Virus record (IMG/VR): IMGVR_UViG_3300048850_000167
Span: 1 to 32,602 of that record
From: a virus
Taxonomy: Duplodnaviria; Caudoviricetes
Reading direction: 5' to 3' (one strand)
DNA: 32,602 nucleotides
A program made the position numbers and the translations under genes. The notes under the pieces are model-generated. The model worked only from the letters and a program-made list of their open reading frames with translations. It made no database searches and was not told the origin of the DNA. This document shows positions 6,483 through 15,046 of this stretch, one piece after another. Within the stretch, counting starts at the first letter, position 1, and each line of letters starts with the position of its first letter.

Positions 6483-7595
6483 GTGACTGAAGATCTATTC
6501 GCCGAGGCTATCGCCGCGGAGCGTCGACGCCAAGCGCAGATAGAAGGGGAGGAGCAAATCCGGGCCCACATGCGCGATGTGGACTATTCGATCCGGGAGT
6601 ATCCGATCGAGGTGCTTGTTCCAAAGTATCTCGAGGGCGCCGAGGATGGTACGAACGAGCTATTCGTGCCCGATTATCAGCGTAGCTTCGTGTGGGCCAC
6701 TAAGCAGCAGTCCAGATTCATCGAGTCTGCAATGATCGGCTTGCCCATCCCCTATCTATTCGTGGCCGACGTCGGCAGCGAGGACGAGGAACTTTCCGGC
6801 CGGCTTGAGATCGTGGACGGTACGCAGCGCATTCGGACCTTGGCCGCTTACGTCACGGGGCAGCTGCGACTAGAACAACTCACAAAGTTAACAGCCCTGA
6901 ATGGGACCACACTCGACGATCTACTTCCCTCACGTCAACGCCGGTTCCTGCGGACAACGATCCGGCTCATCGAACTTACGGAGAGGGCTGACGAGGAGAT
7001 GCGACGAGACATGTTCGATCGCATCAATTCGGGCGGGGAGCCACTTAACCCGATGGAGGTTCGCCGCGGCGTCCTCAAAGGGCGCTTCCTCGGTTTCGTT
7101 GCTGAACTCGCTTCAGAGCCCTTGCTGCACCAGATCGCGCCGCTATCCGAAGCGGCTGTTCGACGCAGGGACTATGATGAGCTTGTTGTCCGCTTCTTCG
7201 CCTACACAGAAAACTACAATCAATTCGAGCGTAGCGTCATTGAGTTCGTAGACGAGTTTATCGCATCAAAGGATGACTTCGACCCTGCGCTGGATGGCCC
7301 GCCCATGCGTGCTGAGTGGCGAAGAATGTTGGAGTTCGTCCGGACGAACTTCGCATTTGGATTTCGCAAGGCGGCTAAAAACTCGCGGACCCCCCGCGTC
7401 CGGTTTGAAGCGATTTCGGTCGGTGTCGCGCTCGCCCTTCGGGAGCGGCCTAATCTTCAGGTGGATCCGGGGCAGGTGGCGGAATGGGCTTACGGCGAAG
7501 AGTTCACAAAGCTGGTCACCTCTGACGGTGCCAACTCGCGACCACGTATTGCGGCCAGAATCGAATACGTGCGGGATCACCTTTTGAACCTATGA
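6483..7595 (+). CDS. DUF262 (ParB/Srx-fold, GmrS-like) protein without a recognisable HNH domain
   Basis: VPDYQRSFVW, IVDGTQR and FDRINSGG motifs; GTG start preceded by GAGGA. Confidence 0.9.
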   Translation: MTEDLFAEAIAAERRRQAQIEGEEQIRAHMRDVDYSIREYPIEVLVPKYLEGAEDGTNELFVPDYQRSFVWATKQQSRFIESAMIGLPIPYLFVADVGSEDEELSGRLEIVDGTQRIRTLAAYVTGQLRLEQLTKLTALNGTTLDDLLPSRQRRFLRTTIRLIELTERADEEMRRDMFDRINSGGEPLNPMEVRRGVLKGRFLGFVAELASEPLLHQIAPLSEAAVRRRDYDELVVRFFAYTENYNQFERSVIEFVDEFIASKDDFDPALDGPPMRAEWRRMLEFVRTNFAFGFRKAAKNSRTPRVRFEAISVGVALALRERPNLQVDPGQVAEWAYGEEFTKLVTSDGANSRPRIAARIEYVRDHLLNL

Positions 7596-8341
7596 GAACG
7601 TTCTTACAGGAATTCGAAACTCGGCGTGGCGAGGTATTGCGCTATCTTGCAGTCATGGTGCTCGCGGAGCGCGCCATCTCTGCGGCCGGCGGGGCTAAGT
7701 ACGACGATGAGTTGAAAATATTCAGGGCCGGAGCATTGCTGGTCATTTACAACGCAGTCGAGGCATCCGCTAGGCTGGGGATCTTGGCGATCTATGACGA
7801 AATTGAACAGACGGAGACTACCTTCGACGAGTTGAAGGAGCGGTTCCGAGTGAAGATCCTTCAGGACTTCAAAAGCAATGTTGGTTCCAAGAGTTTTCCT
7901 AGCTTGCGACGTATAGCAGTGGATCTCGTCATCAAAAGTCTGGACGAGCAGAAATTGTTCTCGGGGAATGTAGACGCAAAGAAGCTACGTGATGTCGGGC
8001 AGGACTACGGGTTCGACACGACCACAGAGCACCGACTCACAAAACACGGCGCGGATCTTCTTACGGTAAAAAGTCGCAGGCAGGATCTCGCGCACGGGAA
8101 CGAGTCGTTTTCTGAGGTCGGTAAGCAGTATACGACCGACGATGTGCGTCGGATCGCGCGGTACTCGTTAGCCTATATGGGGGCGATCCTGCGAAATATT
8201 GACCTCTATCTCGATAATCGTGGCTACAAAGAGCCGCCTAAGGACCTATCATCTGCGGCAGCCCCGCCACCTGTGAAACGTGGCCTTTTATGGCGGTGCC
8301 TATCGCTTCTGCTAGCTTGGGAGGAACGGCGTTCCCGATGA
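7592..8341 (+). CDS. HEPN ribonuclease-like protein, MAE_28990/MAE_18760 type
   Basis: IYNAVEA, FSGNVDAK and R-x4-H motif RQDLAHG; ATGA-coupled to the DUF262 gene. Confidence 0.85.
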   Translation: MRTFLQEFETRRGEVLRYLAVMVLAERAISAAGGAKYDDELKIFRAGALLVIYNAVEASARLGILAIYDEIEQTETTFDELKERFRVKILQDFKSNVGSKSFPSLRRIAVDLVIKSLDEQKLFSGNVDAKKLRDVGQDYGFDTTTEHRLTKHGADLLTVKSRRQDLAHGNESFSEVGKQYTTDDVRRIARYSLAYMGAILRNIDLYLDNRGYKEPPKDLSSAAAPPPVKRGLLWRCLSLLLAWEERRSR

Positions 8342-9341
8342 GGATGCCGAGGCGTCGAAAGCTCACATCGGCGGGTCTTTTGACGAACTTGTAATCACGA
8401 GGGAATGACTGCAAAATTGCAGCTTCGCGAATGCTAATGGCGCGATCCTGTTCCGGATGGCCGAACCGACCATTTCCAAATCCGTAGAACTGGGTGGTGA
8501 TTGTCGGGGAGGGCTTGCTCCACTCCATGCGCCCGTAGACGGCCGGGTAAGTCTCCCCGGTTTTCCGTCTATGGCACGCCGCGCGGAGTTCTTCAGGCCA
8601 GTCTCGCCACGTCCCGCCAGGCCGGGAGGCCTGGATGCGCTGGAGATTTGTCGGGCTCAAGCTACTCGCGACATGTAACGGATCCCGGCCGGCCTTGCCT
8701 CCGCTCTTAATCCTCGGCAGCGGTCCGATAGCTGCTTGCACGGTGATCGGGGTATCCCGGTGAGTTGGGCGTGGCATCTCGATCCGGCCTAGACGCGAGC
8801 CGAGCAGCACCAATCGTTTCCGCTTCTGAGGAACTCCAAAGTCGGTGCATCGCACCTCTCCCCACGTAACGTGGTAGCCTGCTCCCTCAAGCGCACTGAC
8901 AAAGTCATGCCACACCGCCCGGGTCGATAGACCCACGACGTTCTCCATTGTCACAATTTCGGGAAGGACCTCCAAGGCCAAAGCTTGGAAGCTCCTCAAC
9001 AACTCCCAGCGATGATCAGCGGATTTTCGGCTCTGCGCGTAGGTCGAAAAAGGCTGACAGGGCGCGCATCCTGCCAGAACACGTACATCAGCGCCGCTGA
9101 ACCAAGTGCTCAACTCGGAAGGGGTGACTTTCGAGACATCTTTTTGGACGAACTGCGCCGCGCAGTTTTGTTCGATTGGGTACTTGCAACTTGGGTCGAG
9201 ATCGACGCCTGCGCTCACGGTGAGTCCTGCCGATCGTAGGCCGTACGCGAGACCGCCGGCGCCACAAAACAGATCGACCGCGACAACCCGGGCAGGGGAA
9301 ATCTCGGCCGTGTCGACAGGTTCAGGCGCAGACAGATTCAT
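8238..9341 (-). CDS. DNA (cytosine-5) methyltransferase
   Basis: Motifs DLFCGAGG, GCAPCQPFS, MENV, QKRKR, REAAILQSFP, GNAVPP. Confidence 0.96.
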   Translation of the reverse strand: MNLSAPEPVDTAEISPARVVAVDLFCGAGGLAYGLRSAGLTVSAGVDLDPSCKYPIEQNCAAQFVQKDVSKVTPSELSTWFSGADVRVLAGCAPCQPFSTYAQSRKSADHRWELLRSFQALALEVLPEIVTMENVVGLSTRAVWHDFVSALEGAGYHVTWGEVRCTDFGVPQKRKRLVLLGSRLGRIEMPRPTHRDTPITVQAAIGPLPRIKSGGKAGRDPLHVASSLSPTNLQRIQASRPGGTWRDWPEELRAACHRRKTGETYPAVYGRMEWSKPSPTITTQFYGFGNGRFGHPEQDRAISIREAAILQSFPRDYKFVKRPADVSFRRLGILIGNAVPPKLAEAIGTAIKGHVSQVAGLPQMIGP

Positions 9342-9387
9342 CTGCGCCGGATAGCAGACACATGACTCACGAGAAAAGAGGGTTCCG

Positions 9388-9402
9388 GAACAAACATGGA
9401 CC
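9388..9402. promoter_or_regulatory. Near-consensus alphaproteobacterial LexA box upstream of the methyltransferase
   Basis: GAAC-AAACATG-GACC versus consensus GAAC-N7-GAAC (one mismatch). Confidence 0.35.
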
Positions 9403-9428
9403 AGACAGCCGGTTTCCGCATCTGTCAG

Positions 9429-10514
9429 TTAGCATTGCTCCAGCGCTAAGGAGGTCGTCAGGCCGCCGCGGGCGTCCAGCGAGTGATCGGCCTTTGCAAT
9501 AATCCAAGCCGCCGCATCAATCTGTGGCTTGAACCCGGCGACGGCTACCCGGCGTTCGGGATATAAATCAGGCCGGCCGAAGCCGAGCCCCAGTTCGAGC
9601 TCGGCGCCGCGTCGGCCGACGCGACCTGCCTCCGCCTGAGCGGCCGCCTTGGCGTCGCCCTCGCTATGATAGACCTTCTTCAGCCGGCGAACCTTCTTGT
9701 CGTCGGTGGCTTCGCCGCCCTTGCCCACGATGTCGGCCGATACCGTCTTCCGTGTGGCGCCGTCCTGGTCATGCCAGCGCGCCTCGACCTTGGTGTAAGC
9801 GTCGCGCTCTACTGTGCGCCAGGTAGCGCGATCGACGTCGCTGCGCCGGATCGTCTTTGCGGCGATCACGCGGCCGGAACTCGTCGCGGTCGCACCGATG
9901 CGCTTCAGGATCAGCTTGCCGTTCTTCACGGTGGCGACGGCATCATGCTGGCGGCCGAGCGCGCGGATCATGGCCATGTCGGAGCGCTGGTCCTGGACCA
10001 GGACGTCGACCGGCACCGAGGCCAGCGATGCGTCTACGTGCGGCGAATAGCCGTGCGCGGTAGCGACCTGGGCGACAATCGCGCCCAGGGTCGTAGCGCG
10101 ATGGCTGCGCTCGCGGCGCACGCGATAGCCGGCCGTCAGGTCGGCAGATCGTGCGCGGATGGTGATGGTGTCGGGTGCGCTGTCCCAGCTGGCCTCGTCC
10201 ACCGTGAAGCTGCCCTTGTCGACCATGCCGACATTCACATCGGCGCCGCACTTCCAGCCTAACGCGAGGCGGATCAGTACGCCCTTGCGCGGGATCACGA
10301 GCCGCCCGTCGCTGTCGTCCAGCACCAGGTCGAGATCGTCAGCCTCGCCGCCACGCTTTTCGCTCAGCCGCAGCGAGACCAGGCGCGGCCGCACGCGATC
10401 GGTGAGATCCTGCCCGTCGAGCGTCAGCCGGAAGTCGGCGACGTTCTGCCGCCGTTCGCCCGACAGCGACAGCGCGAGCGGGTTCCCCGCGGCCAAGAGG
10501 GCGGGCGTCGTCAC
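9429..10514 (-). CDS. D: P2 gpD-like baseplate hub / late control D protein
   Basis: RLVSLRLSEKRGGEADDLDLVLDDSDG, DKGSFTVDE, ITIRARSAD; GTG overlaps the gpU stop. Confidence 0.9.
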   Translation of the reverse strand: MTTPALLAAGNPLALSLSGERRQNVADFRLTLDGQDLTDRVRPRLVSLRLSEKRGGEADDLDLVLDDSDGRLVIPRKGVLIRLALGWKCGADVNVGMVDKGSFTVDEASWDSAPDTITIRARSADLTAGYRVRRERSHRATTLGAIVAQVATAHGYSPHVDASLASVPVDVLVQDQRSDMAMIRALGRQHDAVATVKNGKLILKRIGATATSSGRVIAAKTIRRSDVDRATWRTVERDAYTKVEARWHDQDGATRKTVSADIVGKGGEATDDKKVRRLKKVYHSEGDAKAAAQAEAGRVGRRGAELELGLGFGRPDLYPERRVAVAGFKPQIDAAAWIIAKADHSLDARGGLTTSLALEQC

Positions 10515-10885
10515 GAAACGCGCTCGAGCTCGACGACGAAGTCGGTCTTGCGAGGGACGCCGTCCAGCGTGAAGAACTTCTGCCGTTCGTCTAGCGCGAC
10601 CAGGACGAAGTTGCCCAGGACCTGGCCGGTGCCGGCGGTGAGCGGCCAAGCCTCGCCCTCGTCCGCCATCGCGCGCAGGGTGCGGATCGAGGCGAAGCTG
10701 CCGGCGACCTCCGGGAGCAGCGTGCCGGAGACCGTCACGTGATCTTTGCCGGGGCCGAGGAACTGACTGGCGTCGCGTACGCCGACCCGTTCGTTGGTGG
10801 CGTGGCGCCAGTCCGTGCGGCGCTGCAGTTCGTCAAACAGCAGCGAGGGGAGCTCAAAGACGAACAGGCCGAAGGCGAGCAACAT
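10511..10885 (-). CDS. U: P2 gpU-like tail protein
   Basis: MLLAFGLFVFEL..L.FDELQR..DWRH..NERVG...SQFLGPG. Confidence 0.92.
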   Translation of the reverse strand: MLLAFGLFVFELPSLLFDELQRRTDWRHATNERVGVRDASQFLGPGKDHVTVSGTLLPEVAGSFASIRTLRAMADEGEAWPLTAGTGQVLGNFVLVALDERQKFFTLDGVPRKTDFVVELERVS

Positions 10886-10888
10886 GGG

Positions 10889-13468
10889 TTAATCGTCCTC
10901 ATAGGAGGCGGCACGATCCTGCGCATCAATGCGGGCGAGCTCCGCCTTGAGTTCGCGAGCCATGGCCCGCACGTCGCCCGTGCTGCCGTCGATTCGGATG
11001 TGGTAGGTGTTGTAGTTGATCGTCGGCGCGGCGCCGGCGCCGGCCGCGCCGGGGCCACCGGCGGCCGGGGTGGCCGCCAGCGCCGGCGCGGCCCCGCCGA
11101 GCGCGATTGCGCCGGCGACCGTGCGCGCCGATCGCGCCAGGCGCCCCGGGGTGCCGGCATCGGCGCCGGCCGCCGCCATCTGTCCGGCCACGCTGCGGAT
11201 CCGCGCGAGCGGCTGCGCCGCGCCCCGATCGACGCCGATCGCCAAGCCCTGAGTGAGGAAGCCGCCGAGCCCCATGAAAACACGGCTGGGCGAATGGATG
11301 CCCAGCGCCGATTTGAACCAGGCGGCAACGGAGTTCGCTACCCCCTGGACCTTCGCCTTCAACGCGGGAAGTCGACCGAGGAAGCCGTTGACCAGGCCGG
11401 AGACAATGTTGCTGCCGAACTGCGTGAACTTCGCGGGCAGGCTGATGCCGAACCACGACATCACGGCCGCGAAGGCGCGATAGAACAGGCCGAGGGGCGA
11501 CCAGTTGACGATCAGCGCTGCGATGCCGCCGATCCCGCCGGCGAAGGCGGCGCGGATCTCTTGCCAGACGCCGACGAAGAACGCCTTCACCTGGGCCCAA
11601 TGGGTGTAGATCAGGTAGGCGGCGAGGATCAGGCCACCGATCAGGGCGAGGAACGGGTTGGCGATCGCAAGGCGGGCGAGCCACAGGAAACCGCCGCCGA
11701 GGATCCGCAGCGCGGTAAAGGCGAAGCGGAGCACCGGCACCAGGCGGGTGACGCCGTTCCACATCATCATCAGACCAGGAGCCATGAACCCGATCGCGAT
11801 CGCGAGCGGGCCGACGATGGCCAGCACGGCGGCGGCGGCGGCGGCGAGGGTCACGAGGCCGTTGAACAATTCCGGGTTGCGGTCTCCCCATGCGAGGAAG
11901 CGCTCCGCGAGCTCGCCCGCCTTCAGCTTCAGCGCGTCGAACTTCGGGCCAACCACGCTGCCGATCCGGACACCAAGGGCCTGCATGCGCGCGTCCGTCG
12001 TCGCAGTGATCGCCGCGCTTTCGCGCATGCGGTCGACGAAGTCCTGGTCGACGACGTCGCCGGCAGCGGCCGCTTCCGCGCGGATCCTCTTATAATCGTC
12101 GAGGTTCTGAATCAGTGCGATGATGCCGGACTGCGCCTGCATGTCGCCGAACAGGAACGGCAGCTTGTTCAGGTCGCCTTTGAGCGCCTGGTTGGTGAGC
12201 TCGGCGATCGCCTCGAGCGGGGTCTTGCCCTGTGCATAGGCGCGCTTCAGAGACTTGGGCAGATCGACGCCGAACTTTTTGAAGTTGTCGATCGTATCCT
12301 TCATGTTGATCTTGGCGAGCGCGTTCTGGACGTTCGTCGCTGCCTCGTCCGCATCACCGGCGCCGCGCCGGGCGATCTGCAGCGCGGCCGACAGATCGGC
12401 GACGGCGCCGGCGCCGGACTGCCCCAGTGCCTGGGCGCGCGCGGTCAGCGAAGGAAAGTGCTTCGCCATGTCCTTGAGCTCGAACCCGCCACGCTTGCCG
12501 GCTACGGCCATCACGTCCAAGGCGTGCGCCGTCCGGCGCTGCTGCTCGGCAGCGTCGCCTTCCGCACCGGCGAACAGCTTCAGGTTGGAGGTGGCAGCGT
12601 ATACCGCGTTCGACAGATCGTCGACGTCGGCCTTGTAGGCAGTCGCGGTCTTGCCGATTGGCGCAAGCGCGGCCACTGCCTGCGGGATCTCCATGCCCAA
12701 GCCCGCGAGGGTGTCGAGCCCGTGCTGCAGCGAGGTCGGCAGCTGGCCGACTGCCGGGCCCATGCGCAGGATCTCGTCGCTGATGCCTTTGAGTGCCTCG
12801 CGGGTGGTGTCGCCTTTTTGGGCGACGTCGGTCATGCCGCTCTGAAACTCGCGCCAGGTACCGGCCGCGGCAAAGAGCGGCGCCCCGATCGCAGCGCCGG
12901 CAGCGGCGGCGCCGACGCCGGCCGTCTGTAGCTTCCCACCAACTTCGCCGGCCTGCGCCACTCGCGCGCGCCGGGCGTCCGTCTGCGCGAGCCTGCGCTG
13001 CTGCTGGGCCAAACGCTCGGTCGTGTCATGCGTCGCCCGCGCGAGCTCGCGCTCGTGATCGGCGAGCCGCCTGGTGTCGACGCCGGCCGCCTTCATCTCT
13101 GCCTGGAGCGTCCGCAGCCTGGCCGCCTGCTTTTCGCCGGACGCGGTGAGGCGAGCCTCTTCCCGCGTCGCGCTGGCCAGGCTGTTCTTCAACCGCTTCG
13201 TGGGGGCATCGGTCTGGGCGATTTCTTCGCGCAGCGCGCGGATCCGCCGGCGGCTTTCGTCCAGCTTGGCATTGTTCGCCTGCAAGCCGCTCTGCAGCGC
13301 CTTATGCCGGCCGAGCCGATCCTGCGCGCGGCCGAGCTCGGCGAGCTCGCGCGTGGTCTTCGCAACGTTCTTGGCTGCGCCCCGGCTGCCGAGGGCGATA
13401 TTCTTGAGCGGCCCGCTCAGCTTGTCGAGGCCAGTGAATTTGACGGCGAGGCTGAGCGTCCGGTCCAT
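10889..13468 (-). CDS. T: Tail tape measure protein
   Basis: 859 aa, Ala-rich coiled coil, GGFELKDMA core, hydrophobic W-periodic segment, LGIHSPSRVF motif. Confidence 0.95.
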   Translation of the reverse strand: MDRTLSLAVKFTGLDKLSGPLKNIALGSRGAAKNVAKTTRELAELGRAQDRLGRHKALQSGLQANNAKLDESRRRIRALREEIAQTDAPTKRLKNSLASATREEARLTASGEKQAARLRTLQAEMKAAGVDTRRLADHERELARATHDTTERLAQQQRRLAQTDARRARVAQAGEVGGKLQTAGVGAAAAGAAIGAPLFAAAGTWREFQSGMTDVAQKGDTTREALKGISDEILRMGPAVGQLPTSLQHGLDTLAGLGMEIPQAVAALAPIGKTATAYKADVDDLSNAVYAATSNLKLFAGAEGDAAEQQRRTAHALDVMAVAGKRGGFELKDMAKHFPSLTARAQALGQSGAGAVADLSAALQIARRGAGDADEAATNVQNALAKINMKDTIDNFKKFGVDLPKSLKRAYAQGKTPLEAIAELTNQALKGDLNKLPFLFGDMQAQSGIIALIQNLDDYKRIRAEAAAAGDVVDQDFVDRMRESAAITATTDARMQALGVRIGSVVGPKFDALKLKAGELAERFLAWGDRNPELFNGLVTLAAAAAAVLAIVGPLAIAIGFMAPGLMMMWNGVTRLVPVLRFAFTALRILGGGFLWLARLAIANPFLALIGGLILAAYLIYTHWAQVKAFFVGVWQEIRAAFAGGIGGIAALIVNWSPLGLFYRAFAAVMSWFGISLPAKFTQFGSNIVSGLVNGFLGRLPALKAKVQGVANSVAAWFKSALGIHSPSRVFMGLGGFLTQGLAIGVDRGAAQPLARIRSVAGQMAAAGADAGTPGRLARSARTVAGAIALGGAAPALAATPAAGGPGAAGAGAAPTINYNTYHIRIDGSTGDVRAMARELKAELARIDAQDRAASYEDD

Positions 13469-13472
13469 CGGA

Positions 13473-13643
13473 TCAGTCCTTGGGAGCGCGAGCCAGCGCG
13501 CGTTCGTGCCAGCGCATCAGCTCGGCCGGAAACATCGCGCACAGGGCTTCGTAGGAAGGGCCCCCGAGGACGACCAGGATGTTGGCCATGGCGTCCTCGA
13601 GGTCGTCGATCAGGCGGTGCGCAGCCGCCTCGGCAGCAAAAAA
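13473..13643 (-). CDS. E': gpE' extension reached by -1 frameshift from gpE
   Basis: -1 frame after GATTTTTTG gives DAMANILVV...AELMRWHERA, matching the P2 GpE' pattern. Confidence 0.8.
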   Translation of the reverse strand, partial: FFAAEAAAHRLIDDLEDAMANILVVLGGPSYEALCAMFPAELMRWHERALARAPKD

Positions 13644-14212
13644 TCCCCGACCTCGCCGGCGATTTCCATCCAGTCGGCGAAGTCGACCTTCATCAGATCC
13701 TTGCGGGTCAGCTTGTCGGTGCTGATACGGGGCAGCAGCGTGACGAGGGATCGCACCTGCAGCTGGCCGACTTCCGAAAGCGACAGGCCACGCAACGCGC
13801 CGGCATCCGGCCGGCGCAACTCGATCTTGTCCAGGTCGCCGCCATCGCGCGTAATGGGGACAGTCAGGTGCGCGGTGGCGTGCATCTTGCGCTGCTCGGC
13901 CGGCTCCTCGTCCTGGTCCTCGGCGCCGGCGCCGGCCGGCTTGTCCATGAAGGTCGAGATCTCGCGCGCGATCAGCAGCATGTCGTCGCCGCCGAGGGTA
14001 TCGACCTCTTCGGCGATCAGGCCGTCCATGCTGATGCGCGGCAGAAGCTTGCGCAGTTCGTCGACGTTCATCTGCCCCAGCTGGACCAGCGACAGGTCGA
14101 GAATGGCAACCGTGTCGGGCCGACGGAACGTGAGCGCCGCGAGTTCGGTGTCGCCGCGCTTCAGCGGCCCCTCGAGCTCCACCTTGGCAGTCGTCTTGCG
14201 GGAGTTGGTCAT
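13610..14212 (-). CDS. E: Tail assembly chaperone gpE with two tandem gpE domains (200 aa)
   Basis: Two copies of L..P..R....L..RRPD....LSL..GQ......LLPRIS; ATGA-coupled start. Confidence 0.85.
   Translation of the reverse strand: MTNSRKTTAKVELEGPLKRGDTELAALTFRRPDTVAILDLSLVQLGQMNVDELRKLLPRISMDGLIAEEVDTLGGDDMLLIAREISTFMDKPAGAGAEDQDEEPAEQRKMHATAHLTVPITRDGGDLDKIELRRPDAGALRGLSLSEVGQLQVRSLVTLLPRISTDKLTRKDLMKVDFADWMEIAGEVGDFLLPRRLRTA
13637..13643 (-). other. Programmed -1 frameshift slippery site TTTTTTG
   Basis: Same heptamer as the P2 E/E' site, just before the E stop. Confidence 0.8.
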
Positions 14213-14481
14213 CGGGAAGTCTCCGGCAGATCCGGGCAGGTGGTCGAGCCATCCTTTCCGGGCACGCAGAGCGGCGCGTATTCGTCGCACTCGGTCTGGG
14301 CAGTGAGGGTGATGGTGGTGGTCATGCCGCCGCGTCCGTCCGACACCATCGTGGGCACCGGCATCAGTTCGTCATGTGAGCGGATGCACTGCGACTGCCA
14401 TTCGGCATGGTCGGGGCGGAGATCGCAGCCGGCGAGAAGCGCAGCTGCGACCAGGGCAATAGCGACGGCAGGGCGGCGCAT
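14209..14481 (-). CDS. Predicted lipoprotein (90 aa) inserted between FII and E
   Basis: MRRPAVAIALVAAALLAG-C lipobox; four more Cys; 5 nt after the FII stop and coupled to E. Confidence 0.75.
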   Translation of the reverse strand: MRRPAVAIALVAAALLAGCDLRPDHAEWQSQCIRSHDELMPVPTMVSDGRGGMTTTITLTAQTECDEYAPLCVPGKDGSTTCPDLPETSR

Positions 14482-14486
14482 CGGCC

Positions 14487-14996
14487 TTACTGCCCCAGCG
14501 CGGCGCGGATCTCGACCATGCGGTCGATGCCGTCGACGATGAAGATGTTGTTGATGACGTCGATCTCGACCTCGGTGCGGCCGTTCACGCGCCAACGCAG
14601 GTAGACCAGCGTCGACTTCACGGTCCATTCGGTGTCGTCGCCGGTCTTGGCGCTGCCGGGATCGATCTCGACGTGCTTGCCACGCACGACGAGCTCGGCC
14701 GCGGCGACGCCGCCGGCGACGTCCTCCTGGTACGCACCGACGAAGCGGATCAGGGACGAGCCGACGCCGACGGCACCGAACTGGCGCAGGATCCCCAGCA
14801 CCAGGCCGCCGTACTTGTGCTCGAGCTCGAGCTTTTCGAGCCCCATGCTGACATCGACCTCGGCAAGCATGCCGGCGCCGCGCCACTGCTCGACCTTCTC
14901 GGCCAGCTTGGGCAGCGTGATCTCGGCGGCGACGCCGGCGTAATCCTCGCCATTGGCGAAGACGTTCCAGTTCTTGAGTTTTGCGGGCAGGCCCAT
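14487..14996 (-). CDS. FII: Major tail tube protein
   Basis: MGLPAKLKNWNVF..G..Y.G....TLPKL, EIDPGSAKTG, EIDVIN. Confidence 0.95.
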   Translation of the reverse strand: MGLPAKLKNWNVFANGEDYAGVAAEITLPKLAEKVEQWRGAGMLAEVDVSMGLEKLELEHKYGGLVLGILRQFGAVGVGSSLIRFVGAYQEDVAGGVAAAELVVRGKHVEIDPGSAKTGDDTEWTVKSTLVYLRWRVNGRTEVEIDVINNIFIVDGIDRMVEIRAALGQ

Positions 14997-15046
14997 GGGT
15001 CAGCGTCCTTGCGGAAATGGGAGGGGGGAGGGTGCGGCGCGGCCGA

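Noticed and set aside
6483-7595. Complete GmrSD type IV restriction enzyme
   Set aside because: No DUF1524/HNH motif is visible in the C-terminal half; the partner is a HEPN protein
10739-12931. 730-aa plus-strand ORF, and similar long ORFs at 13028-14542, 17664-19535, 19261-20754 and 27542-29143
   Set aside because: Antisense shadows of well-supported structural genes in high-GC DNA; no motifs
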